A stretch of DNA of 64,000 bases from a virus (IMGVR_UViG_2773857663_000001:1-64000); one strand, 5' to 3'. Shown: positions 1 through 10,417, counted from the first letter of the stretch. The notes: generated from the letters alone by a model not told the origin. Translations and numbers: made by a program.

Positions 1-221
1 CTATTTTTAGAATGATACATTTGGTCTAAAGATTTACTATCAAACCAAAGTTTTAATTAGAGTTTTTTGTTATATAATTTGAGTGATGTTTCATTTAATT
101 TAAGAACATAAGAACGAACGTGTTAATTTCTTTTTAGTATAATTGAATAAGTTCTTTGAAGAAAAATAAGCAAGACTTTAAACTAAACTAGCTTAATATC
201 GTATATCTAAGAGGAGTAGAG

Positions 222-887
222 GTGTTAAATTTGACATTTAGTGTTTTAGCAGAACAGTATCAGTTTGAAAAAAATGATAATTACATATTGATTGAAACTG
301 ACTTTGAATTTATCAGTATAAATAAAACCAATTCCAATAATTACTTCATGGAATGTAGTGATTTAATTCGATTCATATCAAATGATTTTGAAGAAGATGA
401 GTATCAAAGGAGTGATCATAACATTCATGCAGTTTATTTTCTTCCATCACATAAACAAAAAGAATTAATCAAACATATAAATCAGGAAGAGATCATTGAT
501 GAACTCGAAGTTTATTATACACTTGAAATGAAAGAAAGTTTTAGAGTTTCTTACAGTATTAGAAGGGAAGTAGTAAATATTCCTCATAGAGACCGTAGTA
601 GTTGTAGTACATCTTTCTATGGAGTAGACGAAGAGGTAGGTCTTGATGCACTGATCAAAACAGCTGAAGAGTTACTAAAATTAAATGCAATGAAAGACTT
701 CGAAATTGCAGTTGGTACAATTTTTGGTGAAATGGGGCTCTTAGAGAAAGGTCACAAAATAAAAACCGAAAATCCTCAAAGTAAACATTATAATTTTTGG
801 AAGTTTTGTGAAAGGAAAACCGGTAAAAGTTTCTTTGATATAGGTAAAAGTTTTAAGATGATTTCTCGTGAAGAGGTGAGCTTATGA
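222..887 (+). CDS. Hypothetical protein, candidate toxin (C-terminal ADP-ribosyltransferase/RES-like region)
   Basis: 221-aa ORF with SD GAGGAG. C-terminal pattern CSTSFY...IAVGTI...G...SKHYNFW recalls small ART-like proteins; fold is inferred. Confidence 0.4.
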   Translation: MLNLTFSVLAEQYQFEKNDNYILIETDFEFISINKTNSNNYFMECSDLIRFISNDFEEDEYQRSDHNIHAVYFLPSHKQKELIKHINQEEIIDELEVYYTLEMKESFRVSYSIRREVVNIPHRDRSSCSTSFYGVDEEVGLDALIKTAEELLKLNAMKDFEIAVGTIFGEMGLLEKGHKIKTENPQSKHYNFWKFCERKTGKSFFDIGKSFKMISREEVSL

Positions 888-1522
888 ATATAAGGAGTGA
901 AATTACTTTCAATAAAGTTATGAATAGGGAATTTGATTTTATACGTAATATAGAAGTTCTTCTTGAAGTAAATTTCCCTCTAATTTTTAGTTTTGAAGCT
1001 AACGAACGGATGTATCTAGGGTATGTTCTTGATTTCAAAATTAGGAAAAAAATATTAAATATTATGATTGTTGAGACAGACGATGAAACAATATACGGAT
1101 TGTTGGATCAGAAGATTTCATTGAATAGAGCTTTAACTAGAAGAAAACCATATATAATTTATTCAGATAAAGAAGAGATATATCAAGATATTAACAAGGT
1201 GTTGCCTGATGAGAATTTTCTTTTGACAGAATTATTACCTAACAGTGTCGATATAATTGAAAAAAAGAATAGAATTGCATATTTACTAGAATCGAAACAA
1301 AATTATCATTATGATAGCTATATAAAATTTGAGCGAAAAAAAAGTCGTCATTCTAGGGAAATTTATCTTATTTCTGAATCATACATTGATTCTGATATGT
1401 TGAAGAATATTATTGTCAAAGAAAACAAGAATCTAAAAAAAAATGAAGAGGAAAAGTATTTGAATTTCTTAAAGCCTGTTGCAAAAGATGAATATATCAT
1501 AAAATTTGAATTTTATTCTTAA
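884..1522 (+). CDS. DUF6575-like protein, candidate antitoxin
   Basis: ATGA overlap with the upstream gene. N-terminal FPLIF...YLGY...L...KISL..AL...LPDENF pattern; charged low-complexity C-terminal tail. Confidence 0.5.
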   Translation: MNIRSEITFNKVMNREFDFIRNIEVLLEVNFPLIFSFEANERMYLGYVLDFKIRKKILNIMIVETDDETIYGLLDQKISLNRALTRRKPYIIYSDKEEIYQDINKVLPDENFLLTELLPNSVDIIEKKNRIAYLLESKQNYHYDSYIKFERKKSRHSREIYLISESYIDSDMLKNIIVKENKNLKKNEEEKYLNFLKPVAKDEYIIKFEFYS

Positions 1523-1559
1523 AGAAGTTCGCTATGAAAATTCGAAAGTGGAGGATACT

Positions 1560-1994
1560 ATGGGACTTAAAATTGAATATGCAGGTTATATTATTACTGA
1601 ATTGAATTACAGGGTAGTACATGACGATCTTGATGAAACATCACCAATAGAAGAAGAGATTGAACAAAAATCACAAGTGAAACTAGCCATTCACCGGGAT
1701 TTAGAAAAGTGTGTACTAAATTATGAAATTGATTTGGAAACACTTGTAGGTGGAATATTGATAAGAACATTAGAAATGACTGTTCAATTTCAATTTGCTA
1801 TATCTAATTTGGAAGATGGTGTTAGATCAGAAAATAATGAAGTTTTGCTTGAAAGCATAAAAAATTCGTTTTCTTCAGAAAGTATGCATGGCTTAATCAA
1901 AATGCAAGTTAGAGATATAATCAAGCAATTCACAAGCATTGATTATTTTTTACCTATAAACAACACTGAGGATATAATCTTCGAGATAAATTAA
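1560..1994 (+). CDS. SecB-like chaperone (putative)
   Basis: GGAGG SD before ATG 1560. Acidic 144-aa protein with four predicted beta strands, then helix VRDIIKQFTS..Y.LP as in SecB-like folds. Confidence 0.55.
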   Translation: MGLKIEYAGYIITELNYRVVHDDLDETSPIEEEIEQKSQVKLAIHRDLEKCVLNYEIDLETLVGGILIRTLEMTVQFQFAISNLEDGVRSENNEVLLESIKNSFSSESMHGLIKMQVRDIIKQFTSIDYFLPINNTEDIIFEIN

Positions 1995-2208
1995 ATAATT
2001 AGCTGAATTATTTTAATTCCATCTCAGATTTAAGTTATTTAACATGTGAATAAGTAACGTAGCATGTGTACTTACTTAACTCACTATAATTGTAATCAAA
2101 TAAATGTTGAGCGGTTAAATCCAATTTTTAAGTGTTTAGCGGGATTAAATAATGAGACAAAGCTCCTACCAATGAATTAATTTATCTCCATTGTAAGGAG
2201 GAAGCACA

Positions 2209-3510
2209 TTGCAAATTGCTATGTATGAACAGAAGCGAATTTTTCTTACTGAGGAGTTTCCTAAATTCATAAATAGGGAAATAGCTATCGAACAAATCAA
2301 AAAGAGGGGACAAAAAAGAGCGTACACATGTCCTTTTTGTGAAGAATTTTTGACCTTGCGTGCGGGTAGTATGAATGAACCTCACTTTGCTCACATCCGA
2401 GGTAAGTCTTGTTTAATATCTTAAGGCTATGAGCAATATGAAAAACAGATTAAGAGGGAATCCTCCAATCATTCAGTAATTAGAGACGTAATTTATGATG
2501 AACTAAGTGCACAAGGGAAATACAAACTGGATCTTAAAGTCGAACATGGTTTTCAAGCAAAATTAAAAGAAAGTTGGAAAATTGTACCTGATATTGTAGT
2601 CAAAAAAGGATCTCAAGAGTTTGGAATATCTATACTTACAAATGTATATCAGAAGGGTGACGAAAATCTTGTAAAGTTAATTCGAAAAAGGCAAAAATAC
2701 TTTAAAGAAAAAGAACTGGATGTTATCTGGTTTGTTGAGGACAGAGAATTAAGCGTTGATCTAACATATCGTGTATTGTTTCTCTGGGAATCTGAAATTT
2801 CACTTACAAATAAAACTCCCTGGGATTATAAGTGGGAGAGTTTAGTTCATGAACTATCAATTAACGATACATATCCTTTACATGAAGTATTTAATTACCA
2901 CGGAAGAACAGAGCTAACAATTGATGTACGCAGCCTTTATTACGTAAATACTAATCAAGATGAGATAACATTCTCTGTTCATCGAATGATCTTAGATGAG
3001 TTAAAATCACCCTATAGAGCATTTACTATATCAACAGGATACAATATTCAGCTATCGGAAGCCCTTGTAATAGAAGATCAACTACGGTTAGCAAATGATG
3101 ATTTAGAAGAACGTCATATGGCACTTTTTAGATCTGATTTTGCTAATGCCCTCCATATTATGATGCAAGAATACAAAGAAACCTATGTACCAAATATTAT
3201 TCAGAAGTCTGCTTCACTCTTACCCCAAACGACAGTTGCTAAACAGAAAACAGTGAGAAAGATTAAAGAAGATCTGGAAGTGGTTCACTGGGATGATGGT
3301 ACAGTATCTTATCTTATAAATAAATTAAAGAGAGTTTACATCACAGAGGAGGATGTTACAAAGCTAGAATATTATCTGAGACATAACCGAGAACTGGTTG
3401 TTTTTAAAGGATGGGAACTTCGGGATATACAAGCAATGGCAACTTCTGCACTAGGTAGAATAGATGATCCAAAAGTAAGAATTCATTTAGTTGAGATTGA
3501 AGAATTATAA
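2209..3510 (+). pseudogene. CoiA-like nuclease-family gene interrupted by one in-frame stop
   Basis: CPFCEE...L.LRAG...PHFAH zinc-finger start. TAA at 2422-2424, then the same frame continues (NHSVIRD...VPDIVV...IWF) into ORF 2776-3510. Confidence 0.75.
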
Positions 3511-3566
3511 AGTTTATACAGATTTATTGAAGAAATCGTATCAAAATATACTGGATGATGATTTTA

Positions 3567-3597
3567 AAGGGGCCAGGTTAGCCAGGCACCCTTTTTT
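3567..3597 (+). terminator. Possible intrinsic terminator
   Basis: Imperfect hairpin AAAGGG...CCCTTT followed by a T tract. Confidence 0.45.
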
Positions 3598-3752
3598 GTT
3601 GTTAAAAGTTAATGAAAAATTCTGCGAAATTCAATTCTTTATGTATTTTCGCATAAAAAGCATTGACCAATGGTAGAATAATCCATATGATTACCTATAT
3701 AGATAATAAAGACATAAAAAATGGATTTTTATCAGTGGAGGTGAAATCATCC

Positions 3753-5126
3753 TTGGAAGTGATAACTCAACAATCAATTCGGGCAGAGTTGTTAAATTAC
3801 ATAGAAGAAAATCAAATGCTTGTTTATCATTTTGCTGAAATATCGGGTATAAATTCTGGAACTCTTAGTCGCTTTATAAATGGTTCTCAGCTCATTCCGA
3901 TCAAAGCTCTTGATAGAATGACATACACAATGGGACTTGAAGAGGGCACTTTTTATGATTTATATGTAGATGAGCTGCTACTTGATCCATCAACAGATTG
4001 GAGAAGGTTACGGCCGTTTCTAATTAGATGCTCACAGTTAAATAAGCTAACCTGTATTGAAAAAATTGTTGATCTTATGTTGGAGAAGTCTTACTATATT
4101 TCTTCGCTATTTGATTTTGCTGAATCTTTGTATTATGAAGGCAATACAGCAGCATCACTTCTTATCTATAAAAAAGTCTCAGAAGGAGAACGTTACCAAC
4201 ACGCCGAAAGATTGGCTGTGTGCCAGTATAGAATCTTTAAATTATCACTTGGGGATGATCAGCAACACAATTATGAGCTTGCTCTTGTATTTGAGCCTTT
4301 TGTCAAAAGGCTAAGTGAATTTGAACAGTTAGATGCATTGAAAGATCTTGTTAACTTGTATGTTTCTTTGCAGAAGTGGGAAAAGGCAAAACAACTAAGC
4401 ACTGAAATGGGACGAATAGCTAGAATACAATACGATTTAAAACATCAAAGAACAGGCAATAAGGTGAAATTAATTGCTCCCAAGAAAATGCTGTTTGGAT
4501 ATATTTTGTACTCACATTTGATATTAGGTACAGTTGCTGAAGAGTCTCAAAATTTCAATCAAGCTTTTTATCATTTAGAAAAATATGAGGATCACAGTTG
4601 GATCGTTGAAACGGATGATGCTGCTGAACATACTAAGAAACAATTTTTAGTCTGGGCCACTGCTAATAAAATGCTTTATAGAATAATGACAGGGGATATC
4701 GATCTTATTGATAAGTATGTTGATTCTCTAGCTAGCAATGATAACGAAATACTTTTAGGCTTATTCAAAATTGTTAGAGCAGCGTTGAAATATTCCTGTA
4801 ATATCGACCACATTTTAGAGCGTTATCATGAAATGATTCATAATCAGGTAATCTCCCAAAAAGGGGTAGGAACGTACACCTCACAAGTAATTAACGACAG
4901 ATTTGTAATTTTCTTAGCTGATTTAGCTGAATATTATATTAGATCTCTGCGCCCTAGTATTGGTATAATCTTTGTGTTAGATAGTTTGGCAATATCTGCT
5001 AAACTAAATAATGATGCCTATCTGGTCAGATGCTTCTGTTTATTTGAGAAATTGAGGCATTTAGCGACAGAGGATCAACTAGATAAGTATAAAGCAATTT
5101 TAAAGGAGGTAGAATTAGTTATATGA
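3753..5126 (+). CDS. RRNPP-family (AloR-like) HTH-XRE + TPR peptide receptor/transcription regulator
   Basis: SD GGAGGTG before TTG 3753. HTH (FAEISGINSGTLSRFING), DWRRLRPFL motif and helical repeats; followed by a propeptide gene. Confidence 0.85.
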   Translation: MEVITQQSIRAELLNYIEENQMLVYHFAEISGINSGTLSRFINGSQLIPIKALDRMTYTMGLEEGTFYDLYVDELLLDPSTDWRRLRPFLIRCSQLNKLTCIEKIVDLMLEKSYYISSLFDFAESLYYEGNTAASLLIYKKVSEGERYQHAERLAVCQYRIFKLSLGDDQQHNYELALVFEPFVKRLSEFEQLDALKDLVNLYVSLQKWEKAKQLSTEMGRIARIQYDLKHQRTGNKVKLIAPKKMLFGYILYSHLILGTVAEESQNFNQAFYHLEKYEDHSWIVETDDAAEHTKKQFLVWATANKMLYRIMTGDIDLIDKYVDSLASNDNEILLGLFKIVRAALKYSCNIDHILERYHEMIHNQVISQKGVGTYTSQVINDRFVIFLADLAEYYIRSLRPSIGIIFVLDSLAISAKLNNDAYLVRCFCLFEKLRHLATEDQLDKYKAILKEVELVI

Positions 5127-5275
5127 AGAAGATGATGATCGCATCTTTGGCCGTGACTTTAGCAATTTTGGTAATTGCTCCACTTAATCAGGTATCAGCT
5201 GGTAACAACGAAGTTATTCCAAAAAAAGATATTTCCATAATAAAAACGAGCTCACACGGTGCTGGCGGTTGGTAA
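5123..5275 (+). CDS. Secreted signalling propeptide (AloP-like), 50 aa
   Basis: Not in the ORF track. AAGGAGGT SD, ATGA overlap with the receptor. Translates MKKMMIASLAVTLAILVIAPLNQVSAGNNEVIPKKDISIIKTSSHGAGGW. Confidence 0.85.
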   Translation: MKKMMIASLAVTLAILVIAPLNQVSAGNNEVIPKKDISIIKTSSHGAGGW

Positions 5276-5293
5276 AACAGAATAATAATGTCC

Positions 5294-5319
5294 AAAACCT
5301 CCTGGAATGGAGGTTTTTT
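5294..5319 (+). terminator. Intrinsic terminator
   Basis: AAAACCTCC-tggaat-GGAGGTTTT followed by further Ts. Confidence 0.8.
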
Positions 5320-5397
5320 AATTGTCTTTTTTGTATAAATTCACCAGTCTTGAATTTGAATAGAAAGAGATAGGATTAGTTATAGAGGTGATTGGCG

Positions 5398-5565
5398 ATG
5401 TCAACTAATCCTACAATTAAAGAAAAAATAGAACAAGAGAGGTATGTCTTAAACAAGTTAGTTAGCATCCACGGTATTGAACATTCTCTGGTTATCAGTC
5501 AATCCGAACTATTAGATGAATTAATAAATCAACACAACAATGATACAAAAACATCATCCAGTTAG
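5398..5565 (+). CDS. Spo0E-like aspartyl-phosphate phosphatase family protein, 55 aa
   Basis: Not in the ORF track. SD GAGGTG. MSTNPTIKEKIEQERYVLNKLVSIHGIEHSLVISQSELLDELINQH contains the S.xLDxLIN motif. Confidence 0.75.
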   Translation: MSTNPTIKEKIEQERYVLNKLVSIHGIEHSLVISQSELLDELINQHNNDTKTSSS

Positions 5566-5981
5566 ATCCGTCTGGTTAGTGAATTATGATATTAGGTAAT
5601 GGAGCCGTGAGAATCGCGGAACATAGATCTAACTGCGGCTCAGTTTAAAGGATTAAAGCCATAAATAAATTTAAGTGTATTTGTATGAAAGAAAACTATG
5701 ATCCTAAAATGGATAATTACTATTCATGACTTATAAAGGATGGTGAGAAATGATTGATAGTAGTATGGTTAAAAACTCACTACTCATGAATCGTGCAGTT
5801 TATCGTTTGAATATAAGTTCTAATACGGGTCTGATTACATAATTTTAATTGATTCAACGTTTATTGATCCACAAAACTTTCATTCATTTGAAGTATTTAA
5901 GGGTAGGCAAGTTTTTTCATTCATAGCAAAAGTAATGCTCTCATGACTAAATACTAAGCCTGGCAACATGGAGGACAGTAA

Positions 5982-6137
5982 ATGAACAATCACACAATTT
6001 ATTTCCCATGGGATATACAGAAGCGAAGTGCAGAGTGCTATGTCAGAGCAATAATAAAAGAGTTTGAATTACCTTTGCCTGTAAAGATTAATTTAGTCTT
6101 ACCATCAAATGAGTACATTTTAAAGATTGAGCTTTGA
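5982..6137 (+). CDS. Small hypothetical protein (51 aa), possibly truncated
   Basis: GGAGGA SD; MNNHTIYFPWDIQKRSAECYVRAIIKEFELPLP... Confidence 0.4.
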   Translation: MNNHTIYFPWDIQKRSAECYVRAIIKEFELPLPVKINLVLPSNEYILKIEL

Positions 6138-6585
6138 GTTTATAAGCGAAATAACGTTATATATCTAACATGATTCCATATGGAAATTTCAAGGGTTACT
6201 CAAAACATAATATCTCGTACAAGCTTTCGGAGATCGAAGAACTTGTTGCGTTGAGCAAAGCATAATACAGTATAAGATTTCAAAAACCAGATCAAAGACA
6301 GTCAAGAGATTGTGGTCTTGACGTACAACATTCAGATTATAAGTTTTTGATCACATGGCTCCCCGTTAGGAGGTTCCATTGCTAGAAATTCTATGAATTA
6401 GATTAACAAGTATTATTTTTACTTATAAAACCCTAGGACGAGGCTTTTCAGCCGCTGAACCTAGGGTCAGAGATTTCGTTTACGCATTCCAATAGGAGTG
6501 CGACCCATTGATCGGTTCACGCACTTTTACATGCGACCTTTTCTAGGGCATTTATTTTATTTCAGGTCCGTATGCCGTATCGCAA

Positions 6586-6660
6586 TTAACGTCTAAAAAT
6601 AACGATACGGACTGTGAATGTTTTGAACAAAAGTTCAATCTTCAATCTCAGTCGATTCAC
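6586..6660 (-). CDS. Putative 24-aa basic/hydrophobic peptide
   Basis: Upstream GTGACA-17-TACAAT promoter (6720-6692) and purine-rich SD. GTG start; MNRLRLKIELLFKTFTVRIVIFRR. Confidence 0.35.
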   Translation of the reverse strand: MNRLRLKIELLFKTFTVRIVIFRR

Positions 6661-6820
6661 CCGGTTTCACTTCTTTCTTGGAGTAAAGTCTATTGTATAC
6701 CGAAAATAACCATATGTCACAAGGACTAAACCGGAAGGCGTTCTTCAATTGCCCCATAGACGATGTTAAAAGAGGGATATTATTCCTTCCTGTCGAACTA
6801 TCGTATCAAGAGGGAGTTGA

Positions 6821-7234
6821 GTGAAAATGAACAGTTATCATGATTTCAAAAGAGAAATGGGTAGTATCTCGTATGGTGGATATACGAAGATTTTATCAAA
6901 TATTCAAAAATACGTTACCGATGATGAAGTAAGAGCCTTCTATCCCAAAAATTTTTTTACAGATAGTGCAGAAGTTGAGTTTTTTATATTCACAGAAAAA
7001 AGTATTATTCGTTTCAGGCAAAACGCAAGAGCATCTGATGTCATGTATTATAAAAATTTTCAAGTCGAGACGTTAAGGATTATTAAGTCAAATTCGCGCC
7101 AAGAAGAGAGGCAACTTGAAATAAAACTCAGATCAGGAGAGAGTTTTTTCTTTGATTCTAAAGCTGATTCAAATCATCATTGGGAAGATACATACGGGAA
7201 GTACATTGAAAATATCTTTATCGTATTGAAATAA
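6821..7234 (+). CDS. DUF3908-like protein
   Basis: 137 aa, SD GGGAG, FYPKNFF motif, PH-like pattern. Confidence 0.55.
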   Translation: MKMNSYHDFKREMGSISYGGYTKILSNIQKYVTDDEVRAFYPKNFFTDSAEVEFFIFTEKSIIRFRQNARASDVMYYKNFQVETLRIIKSNSRQEERQLEIKLRSGESFFFDSKADSNHHWEDTYGKYIENIFIVLK

Positions 7235-7497
7235 GCTTCGTTTGGGGTTCCTTTTACTATGAGTAAAAAAAAGTGCATCACAGCTTACGAAATAATAGGT
7301 ACTGTCGTCACTAGGAAGAAGAGTACAGTAACGACTACGATGGGCGTGGCTGGCGCAAATAAACTTTCTATCGTAACAGGAGAGACAAACTTACCTGCAC
7401 TGGGTAACGACAGGATCAATTATGTGACGGCTTATGCCCTAGGTCGGCAAAGCAAGAGGAGTTGATACTTAGTTTAAGCTTTGCATAATTGAACAAA

Positions 7498-7537
7498 AAT
7501 AAGACTCTCACGAAACTAAGTCGAAAGAGTCTTATTT
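7498..7537. terminator. Probable bidirectional terminator
   Basis: AATAAGACTCT...AGAGTCTTATT hairpin between convergent genes. Confidence 0.55.
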
Positions 7538-7540
7538 GTC

Positions 7541-8095
7541 TTATCGTGGTAATTCACCTGAACCTACATATTTATCTTTCTTACTATTCCACTTATAGTT
7601 TGCAACTGCGATCTTCCAACCACCTTCTGGATAGTAATTCTTCCACATTTGAATTATTTCCCCGGTTTTCGAAATCTCTATTCCAACATCACCCATAACA
7701 GATAACTTCTTTTTAAGAGTACCATTCTGATATTTATAAACGAGCAGTTCTGTATTTGATGGTAAATAGTCAAGAGTAACAGCTACTTGCTTTTCTTTAG
7801 CCGAAACATTGAGGATATGGATTGTTGGTTCTTCATCGCTATAGTAATTTGTATCTATAAGTACTATGACACCTTTGGAATTAATAAGATAAAAGTTGCC
7901 TGATTCAGTGATCAACAAGTGTTCTTTCTTATTGTCTCCGTTTAGGTCTACTGACTTACTGACTGTTACACGCTCTCTAGGGAATTTCTTTTCTAACAAA
8001 GTCTTTGGATTTACAGTAGCAGCTTCAACGTAAGATGGGCTTAATACGAACCCAAACATCGCCATGGCACAGAATAGAGCTAGTATTCTTTTCAT
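7541..8095 (-). CDS. Secreted hypothetical protein
   Basis: Signal peptide (MKRILALFCAM...VEA) and a DLNGDNKKE Ca-loop-like motif. Confidence 0.8.
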   Translation of the reverse strand: MKRILALFCAMAMFGFVLSPSYVEAATVNPKTLLEKKFPRERVTVSKSVDLNGDNKKEHLLITESGNFYLINSKGVIVLIDTNYYSDEEPTIHILNVSAKEKQVAVTLDYLPSNTELLVYKYQNGTLKKKLSVMGDVGIEISKTGEIIQMWKNYYPEGGWKIAVANYKWNSKKDKYVGSGELPR

Positions 8096-8113
8096 GATGC
8101 TTCTCCTTCGTAT

Positions 8114-8821
8114 TTATTTATCATTTGCGTCGCTAGCACTGAACATTATTCCAATAGCATCAGATCCAGTTATGCTATAACGAATTCCGTTTAGTTCTGT
8201 TGATTCGTTTACAGTTGTCCAATCCACGCCTTCATTAAGGATACCCAGATCATCAAGAACACTACCAACAGCTTTCGATGGTAGGTCTGGATTGGTTGCG
8301 AGTATAACTAAACCAATAGTTAAAACAAGATCTGTTCCAGATGAAAGAGTACCATTACCTTGGCCTATCATCATTACATCACGTAATGATCCGTCTGCTT
8401 TGTTTACTGATCCGGCTATGCCTATGTAATCTGTGGTCATATACTGGAATACATCTTGAGCTGGTCCAGTTTCAATGTTTAATTTCTTGCCAATTTTCAG
8501 TTTGGAGTTATTAAGCACATCTGCGCGTTTATTGAACGATTTACGAAATTCTTCCGGAGTCATTCCCAGAGTTCCTGGTATTTCTGCTATCTTTTCCTTT
8601 TGTTTCTGAACGTCCTCTTTGGCTACCTTAACATCCTGGGTCTTACTAGCAGATTTTTCAGCAACAACAGTTCCCGGCTTGGTTTCAGCAGGAGTGGATA
8701 CTTCGGTTTTCGCAACTTCTTCTTTCTCAGTTTTCTCCTCATCTTTGTTTCCAAAGATACCTCCCACTATAATCACAACTATAAGCCAAAACCACCATTT
8801 TTTCTGAATAGGCTTTTTCAA
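8114..8821 (-). CDS. Membrane-anchored hypothetical protein
   Basis: KKPIQKKWWFW plus one TM segment, E/K-rich linker, globular C-terminal domain. Confidence 0.8.
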   Translation of the reverse strand: MKKPIQKKWWFWLIVVIIVGGIFGNKDEEKTEKEEVAKTEVSTPAETKPGTVVAEKSASKTQDVKVAKEDVQKQKEKIAEIPGTLGMTPEEFRKSFNKRADVLNNSKLKIGKKLNIETGPAQDVFQYMTTDYIGIAGSVNKADGSLRDVMMIGQGNGTLSSGTDLVLTIGLVILATNPDLPSKAVGSVLDDLGILNEGVDWTTVNESTELNGIRYSITGSDAIGIMFSASDANDK

Positions 8822-8936
8822 TCTTCATCCTCCTGATATAGTAATAATTAACAACATGAATAGTCTATCAGACCTAGGTAGTTTTATCTAGGGAGATAGG
8901 TAGGTTTATGGGGAACTTACGAGGAGAGATTGTTAA

Positions 8937-9395
8937 ATGCCGAAATTTTTAGTTTGGATTTTAGTATGTATTGTAGGATCGATATTATTACAAATAATAA
9001 GTGTGGGGTTATTAGAAAGTAGTATTTTAGGCAACTTACCGATACTGGGGAAATTGTTGATGTTTTTTGATATTGGTTTTTTAATTTATTATATGAATGA
9101 TGGGGTGACTGTAAACAATTTGGTAGTATTTACTGCACGAGCAGTTAGTTTGTATGCAACGATATATACAATTATATTCATGAGTAAAATAGAGTATTTT
9201 CAACTGAAGTTAGATTTTGGAAACTCTATTGAAGTTAAGGTAACAATAACCGTAATAGCTATAATAGTAAACTTCGCAATTTTGTTTGTTGCCAGTTCGA
9301 TTGCAATACCAATCGCAGAGCTTTATGAGAAAGCGATTATTAGACTTTATCAAGTAATTGATGAAATGAAATCTCTAACAAATGGATTTGAATAA
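8937..9395 (+). CDS. Integral membrane protein (about 4 TM)
   Basis: SD GAGGAG; four hydrophobic segments. Confidence 0.75.
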   Translation: MPKFLVWILVCIVGSILLQIISVGLLESSILGNLPILGKLLMFFDIGFLIYYMNDGVTVNNLVVFTARAVSLYATIYTIIFMSKIEYFQLKLDFGNSIEVKVTITVIAIIVNFAILFVASSIAIPIAELYEKAIIRLYQVIDEMKSLTNGFE

Positions 9396-9440
9396 TCGTG
9401 TGAATATAATCAAAATACATCCGATCATTAAATCGTCACT

Positions 9441-9647
9441 TTACTCGGATGTATTTTGAAATGGAATAGATACTGAACAGCTGACTATATCTGTAACTGG
9501 AATCCATTCAACTCCATGTTGATGTTTAATCTTAACCCTCTTTTTGTCAGTTGACATCATAATGATTCCTATGTAATTCGAATTATCTTCAAAAACCAAG
9601 CAAACTGAGTATCCCTTATTTTCTGCCAAAAGAAGATCTTTAATCAT
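9441..9647 (-). CDS. Small YolD/Sm-fold-like protein
   Basis: SD GGAGG. Close paralog of 15792-16004 (MIKDLLLA...KHQHG.EW.P); beta-strand pattern like the YolD C-terminus. Confidence 0.7.
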   Translation of the reverse strand: MIKDLLLAENKGYSVCLVFEDNSNYIGIIMMSTDKKRVKIKHQHGVEWIPVTDIVSCSVSIPFQNTSE

Positions 9648-9763
9648 TTCAACCTCCGTATATGGGTCTTTTTATCTACTCATTATAATGCTTATTTACT
9701 ATATAGGGAAGTTCTGAGATAATGTTGTAGTACAAGACTAAAATAGTACTAAGGAGGAAGAAA

Positions 9764-10417
9764 ATGAGATTTAAGAAAATGGGATTACTATTATTGGCAT
9801 TCTTGATGGTTGGAGGAACAGGGGCGTACGCCGCATCAAAGAGTAAGACAGTTCAGGCAACAATAAGCAATTTCAAGTATGTTTTGAATGGTAGTAATTG
9901 GACCCCTCAGTCAAAAACACAACCAGTAGTAATCAATGGACAAACGTACATACCAGTTAGTCTAGCAAAAGAAGCAACGAAGACCAACATAACTGTCGAC
10001 GCCAAATCAGGCAAAATGAGTTTCGGTGAAAAACTTGCTAAAACTCCTTTTGATAAAGAAAGAATTTACTATTTTTCAACATATGCTGGCCTTTCAAGAG
10101 ATTCGAAATATACGGAGAATAAATACAAAGAAGTCGTTACAATTAAGAATTTAGGTTATATCGTGCTCTATCCTAATAATAAGTATCAGACCTTGGTTCT
10201 TGATCTAAAACTAGCAGATGGATCTGGACAAATATTATTGAAAGATGAAGATACAGGTGAGCATATCAAATCGTTATTTTTAGAAGAAGGTAAGCAAGAA
10301 AGTGTAGAAATTAATGTAACAGGTATTAGTAATAAAGGAGTTAAACTTTATATGGAGGCAGACGACTATAAAAAAGAGACAGTACTAGTGGTACAGCCAA
10401 CTTCGCATTATAAGTAA
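9764..10417 (+). CDS. Secreted protein with copper-amine-oxidase N-terminal (stalk)-like domain
   Basis: Signal peptide; PVVINGQTYIPV motif. Confidence 0.75.
   Translation: MRFKKMGLLLLAFLMVGGTGAYAASKSKTVQATISNFKYVLNGSNWTPQSKTQPVVINGQTYIPVSLAKEATKTNITVDAKSGKMSFGEKLAKTPFDKERIYYFSTYAGLSRDSKYTENKYKEVVTIKNLGYIVLYPNNKYQTLVLDLKLADGSGQILLKDEDTGEHIKSLFLEEGKQESVEINVTGISNKGVKLYMEADDYKKETVLVVQPTSHYK

Noticed and set aside
3491-3676. 61-aa ORF
   Set aside because: Spans a terminator-like hairpin and promoter region; no SD.
6427-6560. Known riboswitch (c-di-GMP, SAM, T-box)
   Set aside because: Consensus motifs not found by eye, and the structure lies 3' of an ORF rather than in a leader.
7259-7698. ORFs 7259-7465 and 7489-7698
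   Set aside because: No SD; the second crosses a terminator and overlaps 7541-8095 antisense.
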